The position numbers and the translations under genes were made by a program. Source: an uncultured Candidatus Binatia bacterium (GTDB taxonomy: Bacteria; Desulfobacterota; Binatia; UBA9968; CAXXLF01). From it: DNA of 64,000 nt. Shown here one piece after another: positions 1 through 9,663 of this stretch (within the stretch, counting starts at the first letter, position 1; every line of letters begins with the position of its first letter). The notes below the pieces were generated by a model, which saw only the letters and a program-made list of their open reading frames with translations, was not told the origin of the DNA and did not search any database. The stretch spans positions 992,001 to 1,056,000 of the forward strand of contig OZ244621.1 in the NCBI GenBank assembly GCA_965218425.1, read 5' to 3'.

Positions 1-372
1 TGGGACGGGCAGGAAGAGCTTCTTTGCCTTTGGGTCGTAGAAGGCAACCACCTGACCTGGATAGAACTCCAGCCGGGCCTCCTTGAGGGCGAGGCCATGG
101 GGAAAAAGCCCGAGTTTGCCATAGGCGAGAGAAATATGCTTGAGCTTATCCTCTCCACAATCCCCAACAAGGCCGGCCTCCCAATAGTCCTTGATGGCGG
201 CCTTGCTTTTCACTTCGACGGGAATCTCAGAGGTAAAATCCAAGCCGCGCATCTCCGCGAGACCTCTCTTCACTTCCAGCACCTTGTCCTGCTTTACCTC
301 ACCGCTCACCACGCGATAACGGCTACAGCCTGTCTGAAACAGGGGCAGTAAGATCAGAAAGAGAACGCGCAA
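1..372 (-). CDS. Partial putative lipoprotein, runs off the window edge; resembles DUF6782/Hvo_1808-like putative metallopeptidases
   Basis: Manual translation from TTG at 372: MRVLFLILLPLFQTGC (lipobox-like)...EMRGLDFTSEIPVEV...GQVVAFYDPKAKKLFL. The frame stays open to position 1. Not in the ORF track. Confidence 0.6.
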   Translation of the reverse strand, partial: MRVLFLILLPLFQTGCSRYRVVSGEVKQDKVLEVKRGLAEMRGLDFTSEIPVEVKSKAAIKDYWEAGLVGDCGEDKLKHISLAYGKLGLFPHGLALKEARLEFYPGQVVAFYDPKAKKLFLPVP

Positions 373-378
373 CTTTTC

Positions 379-2343
379 TCAATCCTCCTCGTATTGCTCT
401 TTCAGCTTGGCCACAACCGCCGGATCGGCAAGGGTCGTGGTGTCCCCAAGGGCGTGACCATCGGCGATATCACGCAAAAGCCGTCGCATGATCTTGCCGC
501 TACGTGTCTTGGGGAGCTCGGCGGCAAAGAGGATTTCATCGGGCCGGGCGATTGGACCAATCTTTTTCCCCACATGGTTTCTTAGCTCATCCACCAGCTC
601 GGGCCGATTCTCGATCCCGGCCTTCAGTGAGACAAAGGCGCAGATGGCCTGCCCCTTCACCTCATGCTGTTTTCCAATGACAGCGGCTTCGGCCACGTTT
701 GAGTTGTCCACCAGGGCGCTTTCTACCTCCATGGTGCTGATCCTATGACCCGCCACGTTCATGACATCATCCACGCGGCCCAGGAGCCAGAAGTAACCAC
801 CCTTGTCCCGCTTGGCTCCGTCACCCGCAAAGTACTTGCCAGGGAAGCGGCTCCAATACTGCTGAACATAGCGCTCGGGGTCTCCATAGATGGTTCGCAA
901 CATGGCGGGCCACGGCTTCGTCAATACGAGATAACCACCGCCTCCTTTAGGCACTGATTTCCCCTGCTCATCCACAATGTCCGCTTCGATGCCAGGGAAA
1001 GGAAGAGTGGCGGAGGCAGGTTTCAACGTGGTCACTCCCGGCAATGGGGTAATCAAAGGATGCCCTGTTTCCGTCTGCCACCAGGTGTCCATGATCGGGC
1101 AGTGCCCTTGGCCAATGGTACGGTGATACCACATCCAGGCCTCGGGATTGATGGGCTCACCCACGGTTCCAAGCAATCTGAGACTGCTGAGGTCGTGCTT
1201 CTGAGGAAATTCGGCACCCCAACGCATAAATGTTCTGATGGCTGTAGGCGCTGTATGGAATATGGTGACCCCGTATTTCTCGACAATGCGCCAGAACCGG
1301 TCCTTGTCCGGCCAATCCGGAGAGCCCTCATACATCACCTGTGTGACTCCGTTCGCCATTGGGCCGTAAACGATATGGGTGTGACCCGTGACCCAGCCGA
1401 TATCCGCTGCGCACCAGAAGACATCGTCGTCTTTCATGTCGAAAATCCACTTGTTGGCCAGGGTAACCCCCACCAGATAGCCTCCTGTGGTATGGACAAT
1501 CCCTTTGGGCTTGCCGGTGGTCCCACTGGTGTAAAGGGTATAGAGCATATCCTCACTTTCCATGGCCTGCGGAGGACACCATGGATTGGCATCTTTCATC
1601 AATTCATGCCACCAGTGATCCCGACCGCTCTTCATGGTTGCTCCCGCCCGATCCCCCACGCGCTTCACAACCACGACATTTTCCACCGACGGACTGCCAT
1701 CCAGTGCTTCGTCCACACTTCGTTTCAAGGGAACAATGCCACCGCGACGGTAGCCGCCATCTGCTGTGATAACGAGCTTGGCCTGGGCATCATTGATTCG
1801 ATCTCTGAGGGAATCGGCGCTGAATCCGCCAAATACCACACTATGGATGGCGCCGATGCGATTGCAGGCGTGCATGGCCACCACCAGCTCAGGCACCATA
1901 CCCATATAGAGGGCTACCCGGTCACCCCGCTTAACCCCTAACTTTTTGAGGACATTGGCAAACTGGTTGACCTGACGCCAGACCTCCCTGTAGGTGAGTA
2001 CCCGCTCATCACCCGGCTCCCCTTCCCAGATGATGGCCGCTTTGTTCTTACGCCCTGAATTGACGTGCCGGTCGAGACAGTTATACGAAGCATTGATTCG
2101 ACCTCCCACAAACCATTTGGCCCATGGACAATCCCACTCCAGCACCTTCTTCCAGGGTTTAATCCAATCCAGCTCTTTAGCGGCAGTGGCCCAGAATTTT
2201 TGCGGGTTCTTACTCGCTTGCTCAAAAACCTTCTTGCCGGTCACATGGGCTGATTTTTTGAACGGCTTGGGTGGAGGAAAGCTCCTCCCCTCTTCCAACA
2301 GGACCTCAATCGCTTTGTCCGCCACGGTGTCTCTCCTTTCCAA
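379..2343 (-). CDS. acs: Acetyl-CoA synthetase (acetate--CoA ligase)
   Basis: 654 aa with [20 protein letters not shown] and [11 protein letters not shown] motifs. Confidence 0.97.
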   Translation of the reverse strand: MERRDTVADKAIEVLLEEGRSFPPPKPFKKSAHVTGKKVFEQASKNPQKFWATAAKELDWIKPWKKVLEWDCPWAKWFVGGRINASYNCLDRHVNSGRKNKAAIIWEGEPGDERVLTYREVWRQVNQFANVLKKLGVKRGDRVALYMGMVPELVVAMHACNRIGAIHSVVFGGFSADSLRDRINDAQAKLVITADGGYRRGGIVPLKRSVDEALDGSPSVENVVVVKRVGDRAGATMKSGRDHWWHELMKDANPWCPPQAMESEDMLYTLYTSGTTGKPKGIVHTTGGYLVGVTLANKWIFDMKDDDVFWCAADIGWVTGHTHIVYGPMANGVTQVMYEGSPDWPDKDRFWRIVEKYGVTIFHTAPTAIRTFMRWGAEFPQKHDLSSLRLLGTVGEPINPEAWMWYHRTIGQGHCPIMDTWWQTETGHPLITPLPGVTTLKPASATLPFPGIEADIVDEQGKSVPKGGGGYLVLTKPWPAMLRTIYGDPERYVQQYWSRFPGKYFAGDGAKRDKGGYFWLLGRVDDVMNVAGHRISTMEVESALVDNSNVAEAAVIGKQHEVKGQAICAFVSLKAGIENRPELVDELRNHVGKKIGPIARPDEILFAAELPKTRSGKIMRRLLRDIADGHALGDTTTLADPAVVAKLKEQYEED

Positions 2344-2741
2344 TGAGGGGGTCTTGTATCGAAACTATTGACAAGGAACTGAATCTTTAGCAAGCGAGAA
2401 TGGCATAGCAAGCCAAAAAAGTGCGGCCTCACTTGGTGGCCTCTCGTTATTCTTTACCACTGCTTCGACTTGCTACGGGGCCAATCCAAATCTTGGTTTT
2501 CAAGACACCCGTGAGGGAACTGGCCTGGGCGTTTTTCGGGTCTCGGAGGCATGGGGATGGTCAGGCCTTTGAATCATGAAGGGCATTTTGGCGAGTGGCT
2601 CGCCATCGGCAACTTCCGGGAACAACCCTCGCAAAAAAACAGAAACTCAATTACCTTGACAGAATCCATTCCCTAAGGTTAAGGCTAACCCTTAACCCGC
2701 ACCGTTTACCGAAAACCAAACAGCTCATGGAGTGAATTCGT

Positions 2742-3569
2742 TTGGATTGGATCCAAATCGTAGAGCTCGCCGCAGTGGGCCTCGTGGCAGGAACCTGGGG
2801 TTCCATGATCGGCGCCGGCGGAGGCTTCATTATCGTCCCCATCCTCTTGCTGATGGACAACGCCATCAGTCCTGCGGTGGTTACAGCCGTGTCTCTGGTG
2901 GCCGTACTGGTGAACAGCCTGTCCGGCACTCTCTTCTATGCGAAGGCGAAACGTATCGACTACATGTCGGGAGTTCTGTTCCTGGTTGCCACCCTGCCAG
3001 GAAGCGTTATGGGAGCCTTGCTGGTCAACCAAATCGAAAGGGGCCCGTTTCAAGTGGTTTTAGGTTCCCTCCTGACTACACTCTCTATCTACTTAATCGT
3101 CAAGCCATCCAAACTCCTGGTGGAGGGAAAACCTCGGCGCGCCGGTGTCCCGAGGAACATCACCGACACTAGCGGAAGGGCCTTCGAATACAACGTTCAT
3201 CGCCTGGCAGGAACTGTAATGACCTTCATAGTCGGTTTTCTCGCCAGCCTCCTGGGGGTGGGCGGTGGGATCTTTAATGTACCGGGTTTTGTTTTGCTCC
3301 TGGGCATTCCCATCGAGATCGCCACGGCAACTTCTCACTTTATGGTCATGGGCACCGCCGCCATCGCCAACGCGACCAATATTATCCAAGGGGACCTCCT
3401 GGGACAATGGCCCCTGGCTCTGGCCCTTTCCGCAGGGACGCTCCTGGGTGGACAACTGGGCCCCCGCATCTCGCTCCGGTTCGGATCCCGCTGGCTCACC
3501 GTCGCCCTGTCCAGCGGCCTCTTCGTGGTGGGTTTGCGTTTGCTATGGGGAGGCTGGAAAACTCTCTGA
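2742..3569 (+). CDS. Sulfite exporter TauE/SafE family membrane protein
   Basis: 275 aa, hydrophobic, with duplicated GxGGG motifs (MIGAGGGFIIVP, LLGVGGGIFNVP) and ATATS. Confidence 0.9.
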   Translation: MDWIQIVELAAVGLVAGTWGSMIGAGGGFIIVPILLLMDNAISPAVVTAVSLVAVLVNSLSGTLFYAKAKRIDYMSGVLFLVATLPGSVMGALLVNQIERGPFQVVLGSLLTTLSIYLIVKPSKLLVEGKPRRAGVPRNITDTSGRAFEYNVHRLAGTVMTFIVGFLASLLGVGGGIFNVPGFVLLLGIPIEIATATSHFMVMGTAAIANATNIIQGDLLGQWPLALALSAGTLLGGQLGPRISLRFGSRWLTVALSSGLFVVGLRLLWGGWKTL

Positions 3570-3817
3570 ATAACACTCGATGGGTCCCCCGCCCTACAGT
3601 TGAGATCCTTTTTCTCAGACTCGGTAAACCGCGGGATTGTGATATTGGCGATGAGAAGGAGCTGCAAAACACGTGAGCAGTCTTTGAAGAATTAAGATTG
3701 TCTAGAATCAAAAACCTTGCCCCATAGTCGAGATTGACAAAGTATTAAACTTCCCTTTTTTGGTCGCGAATAACAAACAGCCTAGCAACTCACAGTAGAA
3801 AAACACACTCCATAAAT

Positions 3818-4299
3818 ATGGAACCATCGCTAGGCAAAGCCGAGGCACCGCAACCGGAGAACAGTGCTCAGAATCAGGAGCGCCCGGTCAGCACCTACAA
3901 CGAGTGGGACCCGCTAAAAGAGGTTACCGTCGGTCGCCTCGAATACGCAACCATCCCCAACAACCGCGTCCTGTTCACGCGGAGTCTACCCGCCACGGCG
4001 GCGAAGTTGTACCGACCCATTGCCGGCAGGCTCTATCCCAAATTGATCCTGGAGCCGCACAAAAGGAGCTCGATGAATTCATCCACATCCTGGCAGCGGA
4101 AGGGATCACCGTTCGCCGCCCCGACGTGCTGGACTTCTCAAAGTCTTTCAAGAGCCCCCACTGGAGGGCAAGGGGTTTTTGTACTGCCCGCCCGCGAGAC
4201 GGGCTGCTTGTGATCGGGGATACGATCCTCGAGACGCCCATAGCCTTGGCTGCGACGGATCGCATGACGAAGGACTGTAGACTCCCTCCGGAGTTATGA
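3818..4299 (+). pseudogene. Amidinotransferase (glycine/inosamine-phosphate amidinotransferase family), frameshifted and truncated
   Basis: VSTYNEWDPLKEVTVG in one frame continues after a 1-nt loss near 4057 as AQKELDEFIHILAAEGITVRRP...RPRDGLLVIGDTILETP. Similarity ends near 4240. Confidence 0.85.
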
Positions 4300-4349
4300 G
4301 AGACGCTGGATTAGACTATCGAAGCCTGCTCGCGGCAGCCGGTATTGAA

Positions 4350-4469
4350 CTACCAACTTGACCCTCGTTCCACGAAGACCAGAACCATACCCACCATGAT
4401 GGTGAAGATTCCTACCGACTGAACGGCGGTCAGCCTCTCCTTCAAGATGAAGACGGACAACACCGTTTG
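4350..4469 (-). pseudogene. C-terminal remnant of an EamA/DMT transporter
   Basis: Manual translation QTVLSVFILKERLTAVQSVGIFTIMVGMVLVFVERGSSW* (LKER motif followed by a terminal TM helix); no N-terminus. Confidence 0.6.
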
Positions 4470-4592
4470 AACTGTCTCCAGGACGCGCCAGAGCTCAACA
4501 TTGACATCTCTAGTTTAAGGGCTCCGTGACGAAGCATCAGCTGCGCCACCACGACCAGCAGCGTTTCAATAACAATCAGAGCGACAAGCATT

Positions 4593-5081
4593 TCACCGCT
4601 TTTTCTCCAGCAGCACCATGGCCATTGCCGCCATGCCTTGGCCCTTGCCGATCCATCCCAATCCCTCCGTGGTTCCCGCCTTGATGTTCACTGCCGCCAC
4701 GGAAACCTTCAAGAGCATGGCAAGACGCTTTCGGATCTCGGCATAGAACGGCGCCAGGCGCGGCTTTTGAGCCAACACGGTAACATCGCCATTGACGATG
4801 TGAAATCCCCCCCGATTCATGATCCCGAGGACCCTCTTCATCAACACTTCGCTGGAGATTCCCTTCAATTTCACGTCCGTATCTGGAAAGTGAGTCCCGA
4901 TGTCGCCTTTTCCCAGGGCACCCAGGATGGCGTTCATCAGGGCGTGCAGAACCACATCCGCATCCGAATGACCCACCAGGCCATAACGGTACGGGATGTG
5001 CACCCCTCCCAGGACAAGTTTGCGCCCTTTACCGAACCGATGGACGTCAACGCCTTGCCCAATACGAAAATGGTTCCTCAA
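4593..5081 (-). CDS. ispF: 2-C-methyl-D-erythritol 2,4-cyclodiphosphate synthase
   Basis: RIGQGVDVH, GHSDADVVLHA, GDIGTHFPD and VNIKAGTTEGLG motifs. Confidence 0.96.
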   Translation of the reverse strand: MRNHFRIGQGVDVHRFGKGRKLVLGGVHIPYRYGLVGHSDADVVLHALMNAILGALGKGDIGTHFPDTDVKLKGISSEVLMKRVLGIMNRGGFHIVNGDVTVLAQKPRLAPFYAEIRKRLAMLLKVSVAAVNIKAGTTEGLGWIGKGQGMAAMAMVLLEKKR

Positions 5082-6316
5082 AAACCCAATTCTCCCTTGC
5101 CGTCACCCTGATGATCGAGAAGTATCACGGGCACACTGCGACCTTTTGCGATGCGGGTCTCCTGTTCATGAGCTACAATCAATCCTTGAGCCAACGATAG
5201 GGAACTCAACACACCTGAACTCTGGGAACCGGTGGTGGAAGCAAAACTTTGACTTTTTTCATAACGAAGCCGGCACCGGATGAACTCTTTGACCCCACGG
5301 CTTTTTCTTATCTCATGCTCCAGGGTTGACCGGACCACCGGCAAGAAAAGGTTTTTGTGGCCCATCATCTTACGAAGCACGGGGCGGGCGTAAAGGAGGA
5401 ACGAAACAAAGGAGGACACGGAATTGCCCGGCAAACCAAAGACCGGTTTTCGGCCCATGCGGCCGAAGGCCATGGGATGACCCGGTTTTTGCGCCACCCG
5501 CCAGAACTGCATCTGAACCCCCACATCTCCCAAAGCTTCCTTAACGAAATCGTAATCCCCCACGGAAACCCCACCCGAAGTCATGACTACATCGTATCGC
5601 AGCGCTTTTCTAAAACAGGCTGCGAGGTTCTTTCTCTTGTCCCGGACGATGCCCAGGGATACAGGATGCGCACCAGTATCCTGAACCGCCGCGAACAGTG
5701 TATAGGTATTACTGTTGACAATCTTACCAGGCCGAGGCGGTTCATCCACTTCCAACAATTCGTCCCCGGTGGAGATCAAGGCAACCGATGGCCTGCGATA
5801 GACCCGGACCTTACTCTTTCCCACGGAAGCCATGAGCCCCATATCCGCAGGACCAAGCCACTTACCCTTTTGTAATATAGTGCGCCCTTTTTGGATGTCC
5901 TCCCCGGCCCCTCGAACATGACTCCCGGGTCCGTCCTGCGTGGAGATGCGTACCTTACCTCCCAAAGACTCGGTGTGCTCCACGCGGATTATCGTATCAG
6001 CGCCACGCGGGATGACCGCCCCTGTCATGATCTTTATGGCGGCCCCCTTTTCAACAGAGCGCTTGGCCACATAACCCGCTCGGACCTCGTCCAAAATCCG
6101 TAGCACCACCGGACTGGCCGGTGTTGCCCCCTTGACGTCCTGCCACCGGACTGCAAAACCGTCCATGGCCGAATTGGAAAATGGGGGCACCCGGCGCTGG
6201 GCGCGAATATTTTCAAAAAGGACCCTGCGGTTGGCCTCGATCAGGGGTATCTCTTCACCCGTTAGTGGAAAGACCCTCTTCAAGATGAGTGCGACGGCTT
6301 CATTAACGGATATCAC
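5078..6316 (-). CDS. moeA: Molybdopterin molybdotransferase (gephyrin-like)
   Basis: PPFSNSAMDGFAV, IMTGA, STGDEL, SGGVSVGDYD and KPGHP...GLPGN motifs; overlaps ispF by 4 nt. Confidence 0.96.
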   Translation of the reverse strand: MISVNEAVALILKRVFPLTGEEIPLIEANRRVLFENIRAQRRVPPFSNSAMDGFAVRWQDVKGATPASPVVLRILDEVRAGYVAKRSVEKGAAIKIMTGAVIPRGADTIIRVEHTESLGGKVRISTQDGPGSHVRGAGEDIQKGRTILQKGKWLGPADMGLMASVGKSKVRVYRRPSVALISTGDELLEVDEPPRPGKIVNSNTYTLFAAVQDTGAHPVSLGIVRDKRKNLAACFRKALRYDVVMTSGGVSVGDYDFVKEALGDVGVQMQFWRVAQKPGHPMAFGRMGRKPVFGLPGNSVSSFVSFLLYARPVLRKMMGHKNLFLPVVRSTLEHEIRKSRGVKEFIRCRLRYEKSQSFASTTGSQSSGVLSSLSLAQGLIVAHEQETRIAKGRSVPVILLDHQGDGKGELGF

Positions 6317-6463
6317 AAGGTGACCATCCCTCCATCACAGCAAACATTCAACCCCGATTCAAAATAATCAATGTCACCAAAAGAAAAAAGAACTTTCAAG
6401 GTAAATAAACTCGTAGCCGATATCTTGGATCGGCGTCAAGTTTTAACCCAAATCCCACCCGGC

Positions 6464-6493
6464 TTGCGTGGGTAACCTCGTGGCTGATATAAG
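6464..6493 (+). promoter_or_regulatory. Candidate sigma70 promoter of the peroxiredoxin-like gene
   Basis: TTGCGT-18 nt-TATAAG with a TG extension; AGGAGG RBS ahead of ATG 6531. Confidence 0.4.
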
Positions 6494-6530
6494 GCAAAAG
6501 TCAAAGATAATGGTTCATAAGGAGGATTGC

Positions 6531-7022
6531 ATGGCTCAGCAACTCAATGTGGGACATAGCTTTCCAGACTACACGGTCTGGACGGTGGACGGAAAAACGC
6601 TCAACATTCCAAAGGACCTAACCGGCGAATTTTCAGTCCTGCTTTTTTACCGTGGTGGTTGGTGACCCTACTGTCGCCGGCAGTTAGCCGATTACCAGGC
6701 ACACCTTGAAGATTTCCGAAAGGAAAACGTTGACGTCATTGCCTTCTCTGTGGATCCGTTGGACAAAGCCAAGGAAACGGTAGACCAGCACAATCTCACT
6801 TTCCCGGTTGCCCATGGACTCCAGGTCCCTCGGGAGGCCGACAAGATCGGAGCCTACTGGGAAGAGCGGCGAAAGATTTTTCATGCCACAAACTTTATTT
6901 TAGACTCCGACAGGAAAGTGGCGGACGCCTGTTACAGCGTCGGGCCCATCGGCCGCATCACTGCCGAAGATGCACTAGGCCATATTCAGTTCTTCAAGAG
7001 AAGAAAGGCGCAACAAAGCTAA
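6531..7022 (+). CDS. AhpC/TSA peroxiredoxin-like selenoprotein, 163 aa, Sec at codon 45
   Basis: ORFs 6468-6665 and 6750-7022 share a frame. Reading through TGA 6663-6665 gives FYRGGW-U-PYCRRQL, so the TGA is the first position of the CxxC redox motif. Confidence 0.9.
6666..6700 (+). promoter_or_regulatory. Candidate bacterial SECIS hairpin
   Basis: CGGC-AGTTA-GCCG at 6678-6690, with a loop G 18 nt after the UGA; possible lower pairing CTG/CAG. Confidence 0.55.
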
Positions 7023-7053
7023 GGCAAAACCACGAGACAAACCCGAAACGATA

Positions 7054-8181
7054 TCATGCCGCTGGCATCTGCGACGTTACACCGGTTTCCTTCAGGGCGG
7101 CGTTGTATCGTCGCCTGATTTCCGGATCTTCCTCGTCATAATCAATCAGGGTTCCCCCCTGCTTTGAAGTAAGGTAAACCCCATCCTCCTGGCGCTTGGC
7201 CGGCAAAGTAAATCCCCACGTGTGGAGCCGGCTACCGGTACGCACCGCCAGGTGCCTTGCCTTACTGGGTCCAGTATTGAAATGCTGATGGTACCAGCCG
7301 CTTGGCGGACAGTAAACGCTCCCTTCTCTCCAGGCCACCTGGGTCACCTGGTCGCCATGGCCGCTTACGAAGGGCTGTGGGCCTGCCTCCTTCGGCCAGA
7401 GCAAGACATAACCCGAAGATTGCAATCCCAACAATATGGCTCCCGGACCATGGTAATGCGCCTTGTGGTACCGTCCTTCCGGCCACTCGGACAGGTGGCC
7501 GATCAACCCGTTGCCGGAGGCCTCAAACTGGGTGATCCGAACACCGGCTCCTTTTACATCCCTGGCGTCGAGACTTGCGGACTGCAGATCCGCTATGAAA
7601 TTGGTCTCCCAGATATGCTGCATGCCCAGCTCATAGCGCTTCTTCCCCACGGCAAAATAATCTTCCTCGCCCCGGTAGCGATCGGAAAATTGGTATGGGC
7701 AGTTGAACACGAAATCCGGCCTATGAAATAAATCCATCAGCAGGGGGGCGTTGGTCACCGCCAGGAATCTGACCGGTTCGCGGCCGCCATTGATCAACCG
7801 ATGCCAGGTGTTTACCGGGGGTACAAAGAGACTGTTCTGACCCCACTCAAACATTCGCTTCGTTCCCCCATCCTGCCAAACCTCCGTGGCTCCCTGACCG
7901 TCCAGGATACAAATAACTTCCTCATACAAATGCTTTTCAGGCTCCAGAGCTCCACCCGCGGGGATCTCGGCCGTGTACATCCCCGTAACACCTTCCATCC
8001 CATAGAGGTTGATAAAGCAACCCTTTCCACCCGTTCGACGCCATGGAACTAGATTCAATCCTCGCACATCCTCCACGCCGTGCCCTGCCACTATGGGAAG
8101 GCCTTCTTCACCCATCCACTTGAAATAAGATGTCTTCCGAAATGCGTTCATCAACTTTTCCATTTGCGGATCTGTAGCCAT
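7054..8181 (-). CDS. Bicupin domain protein (gentisate dioxygenase-like superfamily)
   Basis: Cupin motifs KHLYEEVICIL, HKAHYHGPGA and WYHQHFNTG. Confidence 0.8.
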   Translation of the reverse strand: MATDPQMEKLMNAFRKTSYFKWMGEEGLPIVAGHGVEDVRGLNLVPWRRTGGKGCFINLYGMEGVTGMYTAEIPAGGALEPEKHLYEEVICILDGQGATEVWQDGGTKRMFEWGQNSLFVPPVNTWHRLINGGREPVRFLAVTNAPLLMDLFHRPDFVFNCPYQFSDRYRGEEDYFAVGKKRYELGMQHIWETNFIADLQSASLDARDVKGAGVRITQFEASGNGLIGHLSEWPEGRYHKAHYHGPGAILLGLQSSGYVLLWPKEAGPQPFVSGHGDQVTQVAWREGSVYCPPSGWYHQHFNTGPSKARHLAVRTGSRLHTWGFTLPAKRQEDGVYLTSKQGGTLIDYDEEDPEIRRRYNAALKETGVTSQMPAA

Positions 8182-8389
8182 AATTTACTCCTCTTCCGTC
8201 AAATTATTCCTTCGCTAACCATGGGTGAACCACCCAATGGGAAACCTCTACCACAAGAAAAAACTAACCTCAACGTGGAACCCACGGCCGGGGGCCACCG
8301 CAGGGCCCCGGCTAATAATGTCGAATTCTTAACGGAATTGAGCATCCCGTCTCATCTTGCGTTAAAGCGGACTCGGTCTCCCTGGAAAA

Positions 8390-8575
8390 GAACCTTCGTA
8401 AAAACAGTTTCCTTAAGAAGGGTTACCCAAAGGACAAGCCGACCAGAGCGTGGTTCCCATTCAACTAATTCCCATGTGATGACGGCCTAGCTCCAAAAGC
8501 AGGATTTGCGAAATGAGCCGGTCATTGCGGAAGGAGCGGACTGCAAGGGGCTATGCGCCCCGGGTCTCTTTTTCC
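8390..8575 (+). ncRNA. Candidate sRNA: gene-less paralog of the RRM-gene 5' leader
   Basis: 8422-8477 matches 8997-9051 at 48/56 positions, with an identical CCGACCAGAGCGTGGTTCC core. Ends in GGGGC-TATGC-GCCCC plus a T-rich tract. Confidence 0.4.
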
Positions 8576-8887
8576 CTTCCACCCGCTTTACTGGCAAATA
8601 GCCTATCAGGGGCGGATTTGAGAAACTCTGACCTAAGGCGCGCGGCGTTTTTATGACGCCAATATCGCTCCGACCTGCGCGGTGTGGCGGGCCTAGACTC
8701 GGTATGGGACCCGGGAAGGGCCTCCTTTCATCAGACGGTGGTGACGCAAAAGCAGATGGAAACCATTGAGAAGGCTTTCCGCTCTCTGGGATACTTTGAC
8801 GTCCGGGCGGAATAGGGAGGCAAAAAAGGCTTACCCTCTGGCAACATACGAGCGATTTGGCTGGTCCTACTTAGTCAGCAATTTCTA

Positions 8888-8916
8888 TTGAAAAAGACCG
8901 GAAAACGAGGTAGCTT
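8888..8916 (+). promoter_or_regulatory. Sigma70 promoter for the RRM gene, giving a ~200-nt 5' UTR
   Basis: TTGAAA-17 nt-TAGCTT. Confidence 0.6.
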
Positions 8917-8922
8917 AAAAAT

Positions 8923-9122
8923 TACACTTCAGTAAGGGGCCTTCTGAAAGTGAGATTGAAGTCGTTGAAGGCCCAGGTAGTCTAGCCTTGCGAAACGTTA
9001 CCTTAAGGACAAACCGACCAGAGCGTGGTTCCAAGCCAACTTTTCCCATGTTCTGCTCCCACCGGTGATCACATTCCCAGGGTCTAAGACGTCAACGTTC
9101 TCTTATTGATAAGGAGGAGAAC
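8923..9122 (+). promoter_or_regulatory. Structured 5' UTR of the RRM gene
   Basis: Stems GGGCCTTC/GAAGGCCC (8937-8944/8967-8974), AGGTAG/TTACCT and CAGAGCGTGG/CCATGTTCTG (9019-9028/9046-9055); AAGGAGG RBS. Confidence 0.55.
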
Positions 9123-9437
9123 ATGAGCAACAAAATATATGTCGGTGGATTGCCCTATGCCACTACGGAGGGCCAGCTGCAGGAAATTTTTTCTGCCCAT
9201 GGTGCCGTAGAGTCCGCTCGGGTGATCACTGATAAGTTCACCGGTCGCTCAAGGGGCTTTGGATTCGTCGAGATGAGTTCTGACGAAGAGGCCCAAAAAG
9301 CGATCGAGGCATTGAACGGAACTGATCTCGACGGACGCACCCTGACCGTCAACGAGGCCCGTCCTCAAGAGAGACGGCCTAGTGGCGGTGGTGGGGGGGG
9401 TGGGGGCGGCGGCGGCGGTAGACGAAACCGTTGGTAG
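9123..9437 (+). CDS. Single-RRM RNA-binding protein with a glycine-rich tail
   Basis: RNP2 IYVGGL, RNP1 RGFGFVEM, LTVNEARP and a poly-Gly C-terminus. Confidence 0.97.
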   Translation: MSNKIYVGGLPYATTEGQLQEIFSAHGAVESARVITDKFTGRSRGFGFVEMSSDEEAQKAIEALNGTDLDGRTLTVNEARPQERRPSGGGGGGGGGGGGRRNRW

Positions 9438-9663
9438 CTCTGGTTCTTAGACCCTGAGCATGTGGGGCGTTCGGTCGGTACGCCCCGTCCCATAAGATTT
9501 GCCGTGTCGGTTCATTTCTAGCTGACGGGCGAGCTGCCACTAGCCGATGGATGTGTGTATCCTGACCGCTGTGGTAGGTTGTCTCTTTAATCACAAGCCT
9601 CTATCGGGATTTCAGAAATTTAAAAAGTCGGTTTTCACGCTAAGGCGAGGCCCATTTGACGTG

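Noticed and set aside
1060..1941. Long antisense ORFs, e.g. 1060-1941, 27731-28648, 61446-62324
   Set aside because: They are shadow frames opposite well-supported genes in GC-rich DNA and have no motifs.
8600..8815. Short open frame ending ...QKQMETIEKAFRSLGYFDVRAE*
   Set aside because: It has an upstream in-frame stop, no clear start or RBS, and no family I can name. It may be a gene remnant.
9381..9420. G-rich run as a phase-variable tract or G-quadruplex
   Set aside because: It is explained by the poly-Gly tail usual in this RRM family, and the frame is intact.
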